Below are positions 36,419 to 48,500 of a DNA stretch of 64,000 bases, piece by piece. Source of the stretch: Cetorhinus maximus. Its lineage: Eukaryota. The stretch spans positions 7,192,001 through 7,256,000 of the forward strand of contig NC_135910.1 of NCBI RefSeq assembly GCF_964194155.1, written 5' to 3'. Each line of letters starts with the position of its first letter. Within the stretch, counting starts at the first letter, position 1. The position numbers and the translations under genes are program-made. A model generated the notes under the pieces. The model saw nothing but the letters and a program-made list of their open reading frames with translations, made no database searches and had not been told where the DNA came from.

Positions 36419-39400
36419 CTGGAAACAAATAGAAATGAGTAGACTACAGCTGATCAACTGGACTGAAATTAGTCAGCAAATGGTGCGACCAAACACACAT
36501 ATCAGAAACATAATCTACCTCAATTTTCTCTTCGGCTATGACAATGGGCAGACTTACAAAGATCGTGGCTATAAAATAGCTTACATTTTGGAAGATCAAT
36601 TTGTCAGACCGAGAGGCTCCACTAAGACAGCTTCTAAGAAAAACATATTGAAATACACCAAGGCTTATAAATTACAAGGATATCCAACCAATTACCTTAT
36701 CCGCTAAATTTCCACACTTATTGACGTCTGTCAGTTCCCCCTTGTCCTTGTGTATGGGGAGCAGCCATTTTGTGCACAATCCTAGTTGCCATGACAACAG
36801 GAATTGTGAAGCAGATTATGGAAGAAAGGTGAGGACTAGCATTGTTTTGGCCCCTTCCATGCCCTCAGGGTGCCCCCAATGTGCTTCACAGCACAATTAA
36901 GTACCTTTGAATTGCAGCCATTTAGGAAAACATGGCAGACAACTGGTCCCACAAACGTCAATGGGGTAAGGGAGCAGATGCTGTGTTTCAGTGCTGTTGG
37001 ATGTAGGAACACCTGTTGGCCAGCACTCCAGGCCCCTATCTTCATTCCAGCAGTGCAGTGGGACCCGAGGGGGCCTCAGGTTAACATCTTGTTTGAAAGG
37101 CAGTATCTTTGACAGTGCAACTAGGTGCTCAAGTCTTTGAAATTGGGGCTTGAACTCATGACCCTCTGATTTGGAGGGGTGCGTGCTAACCAAAGTCAGC
37201 ATCTCTATCCATGTCTCACTTCATGCTATGTCAAAGCTGCTCTATAAATGCAAGTTGGCCTTGTTGCAGGGACCGCATAGCACTGCCTGGTATCTCAACT
37301 TGCAAACCACAGCACCACTTGCCATAGCTGCACAAGGCGATCAGTTATATAACAGCAATGATAGATTTTAATTTTCCATCCGTTCACAGCACAGTTTTCA
37401 AAGCGACTACCACACACTTTCCATGCTGCACGTTTCACTCACACCGTGGAGCTGGACCATAGAAACCCATCGCCATTTGATGTCTTGCCCGTTCCTAATG
37501 CCTGAACAGTGGGAATCGGCAGATGATTCGACTGTGGCAGGCTTCGTAAAGGAGTTCAGCCCACATTTTCCAGTCAGGGGTCACTGCATAGCTACCCAAA
37601 ATTACATTCACCTCCCCTCCAACCCAGGGGTTAGTTTTATCACTGTCACAGCATAAGAACATAAGAAATAGGAGCAGGAGGAGGCCATTCAGCCCTTCAA
37701 GCTCGTTCTGTCATTCAATGAGATCATGGCTGATATTTTACCTGGACGCCATTTCCCTGCACTAGCCCCATATCCATATTTTAATATGTAGAAATCTATT
37801 GATCTGTCTTGAACATACTCAATGACTGACCCTCTCCAGCCCTCTGGAGTAGAGAATTCCAAAGGTTCACCGCCCTCTGAGTGAAGAAATTCCTCCTCAG
37901 TATCTCAGTCCTAAATAGCCTGCCCCTTATTCTTAGACTGTGTCCCCTGGTTCTAGACACCCCAGTCCCTCCCATCCTTCCTTCATCTACCCTGTTGAGG
38001 CCTGTGAGAATTTTGTAGAGACTTGATATCAAGACTTGGATCTTCCTGGTTGTGGGACTTATTGGGAGTCTAGTTAACAACTGAGCCTTACAGGGAGCAG
38101 GGCAGGAGCAGAGGAGGTTTACAACTGCCACCCTAATTTTTCATCATCACAGGACTAGTTAAGTCCTTCAACCAGTATCCACATACTCCCTTAATTTTTA
38201 AAAAAATTAATTCATGGGATGTGGGTGTTGCAGGCAAGGCCAGCATTTGTTGCCCATCCCTAATTGCCCCTAGGCCATTTCAGAGGGCAGTTAAGAGACA
38301 ACCACATTAATGTGGGTCTGGAGTCACACGTAGGCCAGACTGGGTAAGTACAGCAGATTTCCTTCCTTAAAGGGCATTAGTGAACGCAATGGGTTTCAAT
38401 GAGAATCCAGTAATTTCATGGTTATTATTAATGAGGCTGGCATTTTGTTCCAGATTTATGAATTAATTGAACTGAGATTGATAAATTTTTGGTAGGTAAA
38501 TTTGTGTTAAGGGCGACGGAACCCAGGAAGATAAATGGAGTTAAGATACAGGGCAACCATGATCTAATTCAATTGCGGAGCAGGCTCAAGGGGCCAAGTA
38601 CCCACTCCTGTGTCTACAATAACATAATAAATAGGACCAGGAGTAGGCCACAGGGCCTATCAAGCCTGCTCCGCCATTCAAAGCCATCATGGTTGATCTT
38701 GGGCTTCAACTCCAGTTTCCCATCTGCTCCCCATATCCTTTAATTTTCTGAGGGACCAAAAATCCGTCTATCCCGGCCTCAAATGTATTCGACGATGGAG
38801 AATCCACAACCCTCTGGGGTAGAGAGTTCCAAAGCTTCATTCACAACCCTCTGAGTGACCCCCAGGTCTGAGCCTACACCAATATCGTAAAGTAAAAACA
38901 GTAAAAAATGATCAGGTTTCTACACCTAGGGAAGAAATTAGATTTTATGGGACATTCTGCGGTTGCAAATTGTGGAGCAGGAAAAGGAATGAAAGTTTAG
39001 ATGAAGCCTGGGGTTGAATTCGAAAGCCCGGGGCACTTTTGTGGCAAGCAATATTCTCCAATCCCTTGTGTTGCTGTCATCCATGCTCCTGTATAACCTT
39101 CCTATGTATTAATGTACTCCAGCCTGCTCACGAGGGATTACAATACTTCCCATTTATCAGGCACTGGCCTCCAAATATCTTCACGTAAAATTCTAGCACA
39201 GGTTGTAAGCTGTAAAGCCCTGGGTCTGTCTGGGCTTCTCCCCACCTCCTGGGAGAAACCCCCGGGCTGGGGGGGAGAATTTTTCCTATGGCGGGCAGGC
39301 TGGGCCGCCATTTTACACGGGAGGGCCGATTAAGGCCTGCCTGGTGTTACAGGCAGCCGGTAGCGCTCAGCGCTACCTGTGCGGGCGGGGGGAGTAGACC

Positions 39401-39938
39401 GAGTCGGGGCCTGCGCTCTTTCATGCATGGGCACGAAGGAGTGCTTCACTCTCCCTGAGACACGGAGCTGCCTCAGGGAGATTAAGTTGATGATTAAAAC
39501 TTTTTTTAAAAATAAAGAATGATTTAAACATGTCCCCCTCATGTGACAGTGTCACGTGAGCTGGGACACGTTTGTGAATTTCGCAAAATTTATTTAATTA
39601 TTTTTATAAAACCGTCAGGAAAATTCATCCCGCCCGTGGATGAGGTTTCCTGAAAAACACGAAGGCCGCTCGGGCTCTTGGCCTGCCGCCCATCCTGAAG
39701 GTTGGACGGGCAGTGTCGTTGACAACTCTGATTACTTTTTCAGTGGGACTTAATTGGCGCGCTCCCGCCGAATGGGATATCGAAATGACGCGCGATGACG
39801 TAGGGACACATGACACGGCCATGGGGTCCTGTATCTTTCTGCCGTATTTCTGTGGGGAGATCGGGAAAACCCTTGCGCTACTTTCAGAGGCTCGGTCTTC
39901 CTACATCATTTGGGCCGACTGGGATTGTGTTTTCTTAC

Positions 39939-40019
39939 CACTGTCCGGTGAGTCTTTGGCTCCTTTGAATAGGACAGCTCATAGATTTCGTCTTCGGTGT
40001 AGTACAGGTCAAGAGATAA
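39939..40019 (-). CDS. RASGRP4: RasGRP exon (81 bp): LSLDLYYTEDEIYELSYSKEPKTHRTV
   Basis: tttcag acceptor, GTG|GTAAGA donor; end of the CDC25 domain. Confidence 0.95.
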
Positions 40020-40220
40020 CTGAAAGAAATGGACAAAACCATTACAGCAATGACTGGGTAATTGCACAGTGTTCATAAAGAGATTGAGGAAGAGTAGGAA
40101 TAGACTGGGTGCTGGGAGGCTCTTCATTTCCCAGAGAGTATTGAGCCTCTGGAATACATTGCTGACTGGTGTAGCGGGTACTTTCTCTCTTCCTAGCGGT
40201 CCCTCGAAGTGAGGAGGGTG

Positions 40221-40278
40221 GTTGCCATGGCACCCATGGCACCCATGGCACCCATGGCACCCATGGCACCCATGGCAA
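40221..40278. repeat. 9-bp tandem repeat (CCATGGCAC) x6
   Basis: CCATGGCA at 40225, 40234, 40243, 40252, 40261 and 40270. Confidence 0.95.
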
Positions 40279-42162
40279 GAGCTCACGTGAGGAGTCTTTT
40301 CACGTTGTACTGCAGCTAGCACATGGTACTGGCTAACCAGGAAACTCTCCTGCTCTTACCACCAATCGGAATATCGGAAGGATTTACAGACGGACAATCA
40401 ACCTGCTTGGCCACACCACAAATGCACCCTCCATGGCCATCAAGTCCTGGGCTGGGTTTCGAACCCAGAGCTTTGGGCTCAGACATAGGGACACTACCCA
40501 CTGTGCCACAAGATCTCCTATGGCGGGTGCTGACTCTGCCTTCAAGAGGAAGTTGCACCATTTCCTGACTGGTAGAGAATACATCATATTGACCATTCAT
40601 GCCTGCGTTACCTCTAGACTCAACTACTCCAACACACTCCTACATTCTACCTTCTGGGAACTAGAGGTCATCCAAAACTCTGCTGTCTGTGTCTCTCCAT
40701 CAAGTCCCGTTCCCCTATCATCTCAGCGCTTGCTGACCTACAATGGCTTCTGGTCTTGATTTTAAAGTTCTCATCTTTGCTTTCAAATCCCTCCGTGGCC
40801 TCGCCCCTCCCTATCTCTGTAATCTCCTCCAACTCCACAACCCTCCGAGATATCTGCACTCCTCTAATTCTGGCCTCTTTGTGTATCCCCAATTTTAATC
40901 TCTCTCCCACTGGTGGCCGTGCCTTCAATCGCCTGGGTCCCAGGCTCTGGAATAGCCTCCCAATGCATCCCCCGCCTCTCTATCTCACTCCCCTCCTCAA
41001 AACCTACCTCCTTGGCCAAGCTTTTGACTTTACTATCTCCTTCTGTGGCTCGCTGTCATATTTTGTTTTGTAATGCTCCTGTGAAGTGCCTTGGAGGGCT
41101 AAAGGGAGATCGGAAACTTTTAACCATGGTTCCCCAGCCACTGCGTCCCCCTCAGGCAGGCTCGATGGATCAGCTGGTTTTGTTCAGCTCCTCACTTTGG
41201 TAAGTTTGTATGTTGGCGACTGGTCTTAAGGAAATCTTAAAGAGATGAGCAAGGGGGCAGCTCTAACAGCCTTTCGTCTTATCAAGGCTAAGCCAAGTGG
41301 TCAGGAAGGCTGTTATAACAATCTGCTTATAGGGATAAGGCAAGGGGTCAAGAGGATGGAGTCACAGCAATGACTGGTCTTAAGGATATGAAAACAGAGA
41401 GCCTAAATTTTCCGGGCCTAGCGGGCGGGATGGATAATTTGACAGACCAATAACAGGTCCGCTGACTTCAGGTGAGAATGTCAGGTCCATCGGTTGGATA
41501 GGACTGGAAAATCCCCACCCATAGTCAGCAGTGACCGGGTCAGCAAGGAGAACCCAGATTGTTTTCAAACTCAGCTTTAGGGCGAGGATTATTCTCCTAT
41601 AACAAAAACAAAAATACCTGGAAAAACTCAGCAGGTCTGACAGCATCTGCGGAGAGGAATCTGCTGAGTTTTTCCAGGTATTTTTGTTTCTGTTTCAGAT
41701 TTCCAGCAGTATTTTGCTTTTATCTTAGTGATTATTCTCCTATGTTGGCCCGAGGGAGGTTGGGTGTTTTTTTTCCAATCTTTGGTGTGCCGTCCCCAGG
41801 CAGGACTGTGTCGATTTTAACACCTCTCGTCCCTGTTTTCAAATCTCTCCATGGCCTCACCCCCATCTATATCTGTAACCTCCTCCTGCCCTATGGCCCG
41901 GCAAGATACCTGCGCTCCTTACCCTTACCCCGCTGTGGGCCTTCAGCTGGTGAGGTCCTAATTGGAATTTCCTCCCTAAAACCCCTCTGCCTCTCTTATC
42001 CACCCTGGACCATCATTAAAGCCTTACCTATTTGACCAAGCTTTTGTTCACCTGTCCTTACACCTGCTGATGTGTCTCAGTGTCAGACTTTGCCTGACAA
42101 ACGCTCGAGTGAAGCACCTTGGGACACTTTACTACATTGAAGTTGCTATTTAACTACACCTT

Positions 42163-43321
42163 GGGCAGAATTTCTCTCTCGTCGGGCGAGCACGCACACA
42201 CCCAACCCGAGCGAGAGTAAAATAGTGCGCGATGACATCGGGCGAGCGACCCGGCATCACCGCGCACTCCCGTGATGTTTCGTTCGACAGGCGCGCGCGA
42301 GAGGCAGCAGCGCACCCACCCACAATCAAGAGGCCTATTAAGGCCCCTCAGTCAATGAATTAAATCTGATTTTTCTCTGCTCGTCCAATCGTTCAGTTGG
42401 CGGGCGGGCGAATAGGCCAAGCGGCCTTTGGAATTTTTTTATCGAACCTCATCCACGGGCGGGATGGGGCTTCCAACAGGAATTAAAAATAAAGTGAAAA
42501 GTGTAAAGAGGAATGTTTGAGGACTCTGGGTCTATACTCGATGGAGTTTAGAAGGATGAGGGGGGGATCTGATTGAAACTTACAGAATACTGAAAGGCCT
42601 GGATAGAGTGGACGTGGGGAAGATGTTTCCATTAGTAGGAGAGATTAGGACCCGAGAGCACAGCCTCAGAGTAAAGGGAAGACCTTTTAGAACAGAGATG
42701 AGGAGAAACTTCTTTAGCCAGAGAGTGGTGAATCTATGGAATTCATTGCCACAGAAGGCTGTGGAGGCCAGGTTATTGAGCGTATTTAAGACCGAGATAG
42801 ATCGGTTCTTGATTGGTAAGGGGGTCAAAGGTTACGGGGAGAAGGCGGGAGAATGGGGTTGAGAAACTTATCAGCCATGATTGAATGGCGGAGCAGACTC
42901 GATGGGCCGAATGGCCTAATTTCTGCTCCTATGTCTTATGGTCTTAAAATGTTGAAGTCTCATTTATAACGTGTCCCTGCTCATGTGACAGGGCCGCATG
43001 AGGGGACATGTTTTCAACATTTTTAAAGTCTTTATTTAAGGTTTTAAATATCTTCAGCCGCCCTGAGGCAGATCAGTGCCTTTCGGGAGCTCTCAGCGCG
43101 CGCTCCCCGCTCCCGTGCGTGAGGGAACTTCCGTCCTCGCCCTCTTCCTGCCCCCGACCCGGTGGCGTCGAGCGCCGCAGCACATGATTCACGCTAGCTG
43201 GCCTTTAATTGGCCGGCCAGGGTGAAATCGCGGCCGGGGCCCGATCGCGGGCGGCAGTCGGTTTTGCCACCGCTCCCGGGCCCGCCCACCGCGCCCGCCC
43301 GACGAGGTGAAAATCCTGCCC
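42163..43321. mobile_element. Harbinger-like MITE with a nested CR1 (42515-42946); related MITEs at 30904-31613, ~39272-39878, 47159-47796, ~49240-49949, 63252-~63900
   Basis: TIRs GGGC(A/T)G(A/G)ATTT ... AAAATCC(T/A)GCCC; 3-bp TSDs CTT/CTT (30.9 kb) and TTC/TTC (47.2 kb); GC/CpG-rich interiors. Superfamily inferred from TIR/TSD only. Confidence 0.65.
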
Positions 43322-45255
43322 ATTGTTGTGGTGGGAATCCAACTCTTGACAGGGTCAATATGTCATAGGGTAATTGAGCCATAGGAACACAGAAGGAGGC
43401 CTTTCGGCCCACCAGGTCCATGCTAGCTCTGCGTAGAACACTCTAGTCAGTCCCATTCAGAAGTGGCCCAATGAGAGGGCTATGTATCCACATAGGCTGC
43501 CTGTGTATAAAGGCCCATTTATTAGCCTAAGGGCATGGAGACACTTTTCCTAATTTATGTTTGTCAAATGCCTGAATCTAAAACCAAACCTAAACCCTTT
43601 CCTGTATCTGAAGGTGTTTCTCCTCATTTGAAGGTAGGTATGACATTTCCCCCTCTTGTTCCCCAGAAGGAAAAAACAGTTTGGACCAGTACTCTTATTT
43701 CCCAGTTTTTACTGGTGTTCCATTTTAAGGTATACAAGACCAGTTCGGACCAGTACTCTATCTCCCAGTTTTTACTGTTTTTCCCCTCTTGTTCTGGAGC
43801 CCTGCAGACCCGTTCCTGGGACCTTGCACAATAACGTCCCAAACCGGATACTCGGATGTTCCTGAGAGAGGAATGGTGGTGCCTTTCCCTCCAAGTCTCT
43901 CCACGAGGATTTAACTATTGCAGGTTTGGAACACAGTCGCAACTCTGACACTCCATCCTAAGTGAGACTGGTTTTATAGACCAACAGCTCAAGAATTAGT
44001 TCTTGAGGTGGCTGTCTTGTTCATGCTACAGATTAACATCATCATCTTGTGGTTTGGCTCTTAATTGTAGAACCATCAGATCCAGAGGTCAGTTTGACTC
44101 ATCCTCCGCCAGGTACCATGTCCTAAGAGGGCGTTGGTGACCATGGACTTCCATTGGATTGGTCCATGATTATGCTTGGCAAAGTACTGCAGTGGTTTGC
44201 TCTTGCTCTCTGCAGTATGGCTGACCAGGAAACTTTGCCTCTCTTACTGCCTGCCATCGGGTGTATTGGAAGGATTTACAGGCTGATAACCAACCAGTTT
44301 GGCCACATGATGAACACAACTTCCGTGGCCATCAAGTCCTGAAGTGAGACTTGAACCCAGAGCTTCTGGCCCAGAGATAGGGATGCTACCCACTGTGCCA
44401 CAAAGCCTCCTGACCATAACCCTTTACCCTACCCAAAACCAACTCAGTTTTCAGTTGGCACCAGTGGCCTCTTTGTCCAAAGTTTGCTTTTGCCAGCTCA
44501 TAACTAATAACTAACATGACAAATAACTCATAACTAGAGTATGCTGAAAAAAAGAGACATGCTATTGAGCTTTTCATCTTGCACTCAGCAGGACAGCTGT
44601 GCAAGATAAACCAATAGTGAAGGGGCCAACAACTTATACTGCATGGCAAGAGTGTGCTGATTGGTTGGCAAGTGGATTCTGATTGGTAGAGGCGTTGCCA
44701 TGGAGAATGCAGCAGAGGACAGTTAATTGCGAAGCTTTTGTTCCAAATTCAAACCAGGCAGGTTGACTCTAATTGGTCAAGACATTGCCCTGGGGAATGA
44801 ACCAGGGATGGCTGTCCTCCAAGTTTTGGTTAGTTGGAAAAAGTCTAATGCATGGACATGCTCCTTCTGACCCATAACTAATGTATCATTTGGAATTATT
44901 ACCAACCCAACTATGTACATTGTGGAAATTTCCTGGTGGGAGACACTCAAATTCAGACGGAAAGAAAGGATACTTCTACAGGTGTATTCCTTGGATGCAA
45001 CAACACTTGCATTTATATAGCATCTTTTCAAGGTCCCCAAGCCACTTGACAGGAGCGTTATCAGACAATGTCTCACATTGAGTCACATAAGGAGCTATGA
45101 GGACAGGTGGCCAAAATCTTGGTCCAAGAGATTAATGACGAATATTAGAATTGATAGAGACATTCAGAGGCTGACCCTGCTTTGGGTTAGTTAAGATTGG
45201 CCTTTAGTCATCAACTTGCCCATCCAGGGCTGACAGGCTAATATAGTGGACTCAC

Positions 45256-45531
45256 TGTCAGGAGATGTACAAGGTCCTTGTTGGCTTCAAATGCCGGTGT
45301 GCTGCCCTGGATTTGGATCAGCTCCGAGATGCGGCTGAAAAGTTGCTGAAGCTTGTTCAGGTTTATCTTCTTATCTTCAATATAGTCCGGCAGCGCCTCA
45401 TTCAAGAAGACGAGGTCCTTCAGGTGGACCCCTAGGATAGGGATCTTAAACCCTGTACATTCACTGAAGACGCGGCGATAGTTGCTATAGTTACTGCAGG
45501 AGGAGAGAAGCTCTGTCATCTCGTTCAATGT
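45256..45531 (-). CDS. RASGRP4: RasGRP exon (276 bp), CDC25 domain: [11 protein letters not shown]...[11 protein letters not shown]...[11 protein letters not shown]
   Basis: acgcag acceptor, ACA|GTGAGT donor; inside ORF 45238-45729. Confidence 0.95.
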
Positions 45532-48500
45532 CTGCGTTGGAAAGAAGGAGCAGGTTATCAGGGGAAGTGACCAGTCGCCCACAGAGTTAAGAGCTGGCAT
45601 TAGAATAACAATCACCCATCCATTCATAACAAAACACGTATTCCAATTTGCTTTCTCTCTTCCCTGAAGGCAGAGGCACTTGACATGGTAAACGTCCATG
45701 GTAGCTAGTGGTCTTGTATAGGTGATCATATATGAACCTAGTAAGGATATATATGTTGCTTAGGAACATCAGGACAGATGTGGGTTCAGCTTCTCAAACC
45801 TGCCCCACTATTCACTGAGATTGTTACTGATTTGTATCTCATCTCCATCCACTTACATCGACTCCACTCTTTTAGAACCTCGTCCAATATAAGTCTAGTG
45901 GCTCCAGGTTTATGAACATATGAACATGTGAATTAGGAGCATGAGTAGGCCATTCAGCCCCTCAAGCCTGCTCTGCCATTCAGTAAGACCATGACTGACC
46001 TAATTGTAATCTCAACTCCACATTCCGCCTGCCCCCGATGACCTTTGACTCCCTTGTTAGTCATGAATTTATCTACCCCTGCCTTAAAAATATTCATTGA
46101 CCCCGCCTCCACCGCTTTCTGGGACAGGGCGTTCCAAAGACTCACGACCCTCTGAGGGATAAATATTCTTCTCATCTCCATGTTAAATGGGAGACCCCTT
46201 ATTTTTAAGCTATTTGAAAGGATTAATTCAGCAATTCCGCCACTTTCTGTGGGAGACTTTCACACTCCTACCACCCATGGCCTTGTTTCCTAACTTCTCT
46301 TCAGGGTAACCTGGCTCTGGTTTTAATGTTACATCCCCTTGGGCCTTGACTTGCCCACCTGCAGAAAGGGTTTCTCTCTCTATAGCTTATCAATTTAATC
46401 AAAATCCTAAAAACCTCCATCAAATCACCCCTTGTCCTTCTACTTGATGTAATCTCTCCACATGATCAAACCTTTGACGCACTGTTAACATTCTGGCACT
46501 TTGATGAGGCTATTTTTAAAAAAAAATTCATTGGATGTAGGCATCGCTGGCTAGGCCAGCATTTATTGCCCATGTTCAGAGGGCATTGAGTCAACCACAT
46601 TGCTGTGGGTCTGGAATCACATGTAGGCCAGGCACATAGATAAGGACGATAGATTTTCCTTCTCTAAAGAACAGCAGTGAACCAGATGGGTTTTTACAAC
46701 AATCGACAATGGTTTCGTGGTCATCATTAGACTTTCAATTCCAGATTCCCATTCCGTGGTGGGATTTGAACCTGGGTCCCCAGAGGATTACCCTGGGTCT
46801 GTGGGTTACTAGTCCAGTGACAATACCGCTACACCATCGCCTCCTCAGTAATAATTTAATGATATGGGGTTCATATCTGGCATCAAGCAGCATTCCCTTC
46901 ACGTCCCAGAGTAGGAAGGTCAATGGGGAACAACGAGGAGCAGGAATGCTAATTGATTTTCCCAGTGACACTGAGGCCAAAGTACCTTCACTGTTGGCCT
47001 GACACCAGCTAACTCAACCTAGGCCAGAGGCCTGACTTGTGATTTGTATGGCTTTCAATAACACACCATGTTGTGACTAAATGCAGTGTGGCATCAGAGA
47101 AACAAATCTCCCCCATTTCCACATTTGGGGAAAAAAAATCAAACTAAACAAAGTCTTCGGGCTGAATTTTCCTGGTACTCTGAGGACAGGTTTGGAGGGC
47201 CAGGTTAGCGGGAGTGCTGGTGCCAGGAAAGTAGCGGGAACACTGTCAGGATGGTTTGCCAATACTGTCCCACCTCTGGCGGACTCTCCCGGGAGCTGCC
47301 AGGGAAATAGCCAAACAAGGCCCAAATCATCCCACATCAATGGAAGTTTCCAGGTGTCGGACAGGGCCCTGGGCTGAGTCCGGAGCTTGTAAACTACATG
47401 AGAGACCCTCCAGACAACAGATCAAAGAGTCAGTGGAGACTCTTCCCAAATAACCAGTGATGGAGCTGCGAGGCTGAACATTCCTTTAGGTGGTTTGGGT
47501 GGGTTTACAGCCGCAACACCTCTTGGGCCTTTTTGTTTTAAACTGTGTTCAGCGTACATTTGAGATCATCTCCATTTTGAGGCTCCCTTGTGGTCACCTA
47601 CCTCCCTCAGCAGCACCCACCTTTCCTCCAACGCTGGGGCCCCCCTCATTGGGCTCTCCACATCGCCATCCCGCCCTCCATCCTTAATTGGACAGGGAAA
47701 TGTGGAGACAGCCGATTAGGAGGCCGACTCATGTGAGCGCGCACTGAGGCCACGACCCACATGGGGTCCCCATGCCCAAGGGAAAAAAATCAGGCGTTCG
47801 TGCCATTGACCAAACATTTCCAAGCCAAGAGGTCACAAGGGTGACCTACACCCGCCACCCCCCTACACCAATAGCACTCCGGGATTGAAGTGTGGTGATC
47901 CACACCTGCTACTGCCCTCAGCTGAGATCTCGGCCTGACAGGGCGGCTATGAACTGAAGCCTTGTCAGTGCATGGCACAGTGCTTTGCCACACAGCAGGC
48001 ACTATGGCACTGCTGCGCTTTGGCAAGACTGGGAAATACTTTTGGCAAACCCTACTGATCTAACGCTGCATCCGGACAAGGACATGGATCAGGTGGAGGG
48101 GCCACTCCAGCAGAATAATTATGCTCTTCACTGAAACAAGTGGGTTTTTTTCTTTACTGAGGAGAGGGTGCTTGAGTCAAGAGTGTCGTCATTGCCCGAC
48201 TTAAGACTTTGGCATTGCTTGAAGGATTCACTGTACAGGATCTCTGTGCATCCAAACTCCTCTAATTAATGACGCCAGTGGGCAAATGACTCTAGTCTGA
48301 AATAAAAACGGAAAGTGCCGGAAATACTCAGCAGGTCATCCAGCAACTGTGATGAGAACCGGGGTTAATGTTCCAGCTTGTGATGGCCTTCATCAGACTC
48401 TGATCTGAACCCTGCTAAATACTTGTGCAACAATTTGCTGTCCATTCCCCACTCAAATCTATCTCAGCTTTGGACAATCGTAGGATCCTACAGCGTGGAG

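Noticed and set aside
40042-40322. (CHG)n / (PWV)n peptide repeats suggesting a metal-binding protein
   Set aside because: Product of the 9-bp tandem repeat inside a SINE; only 39939-40019 of that ORF is exonic.
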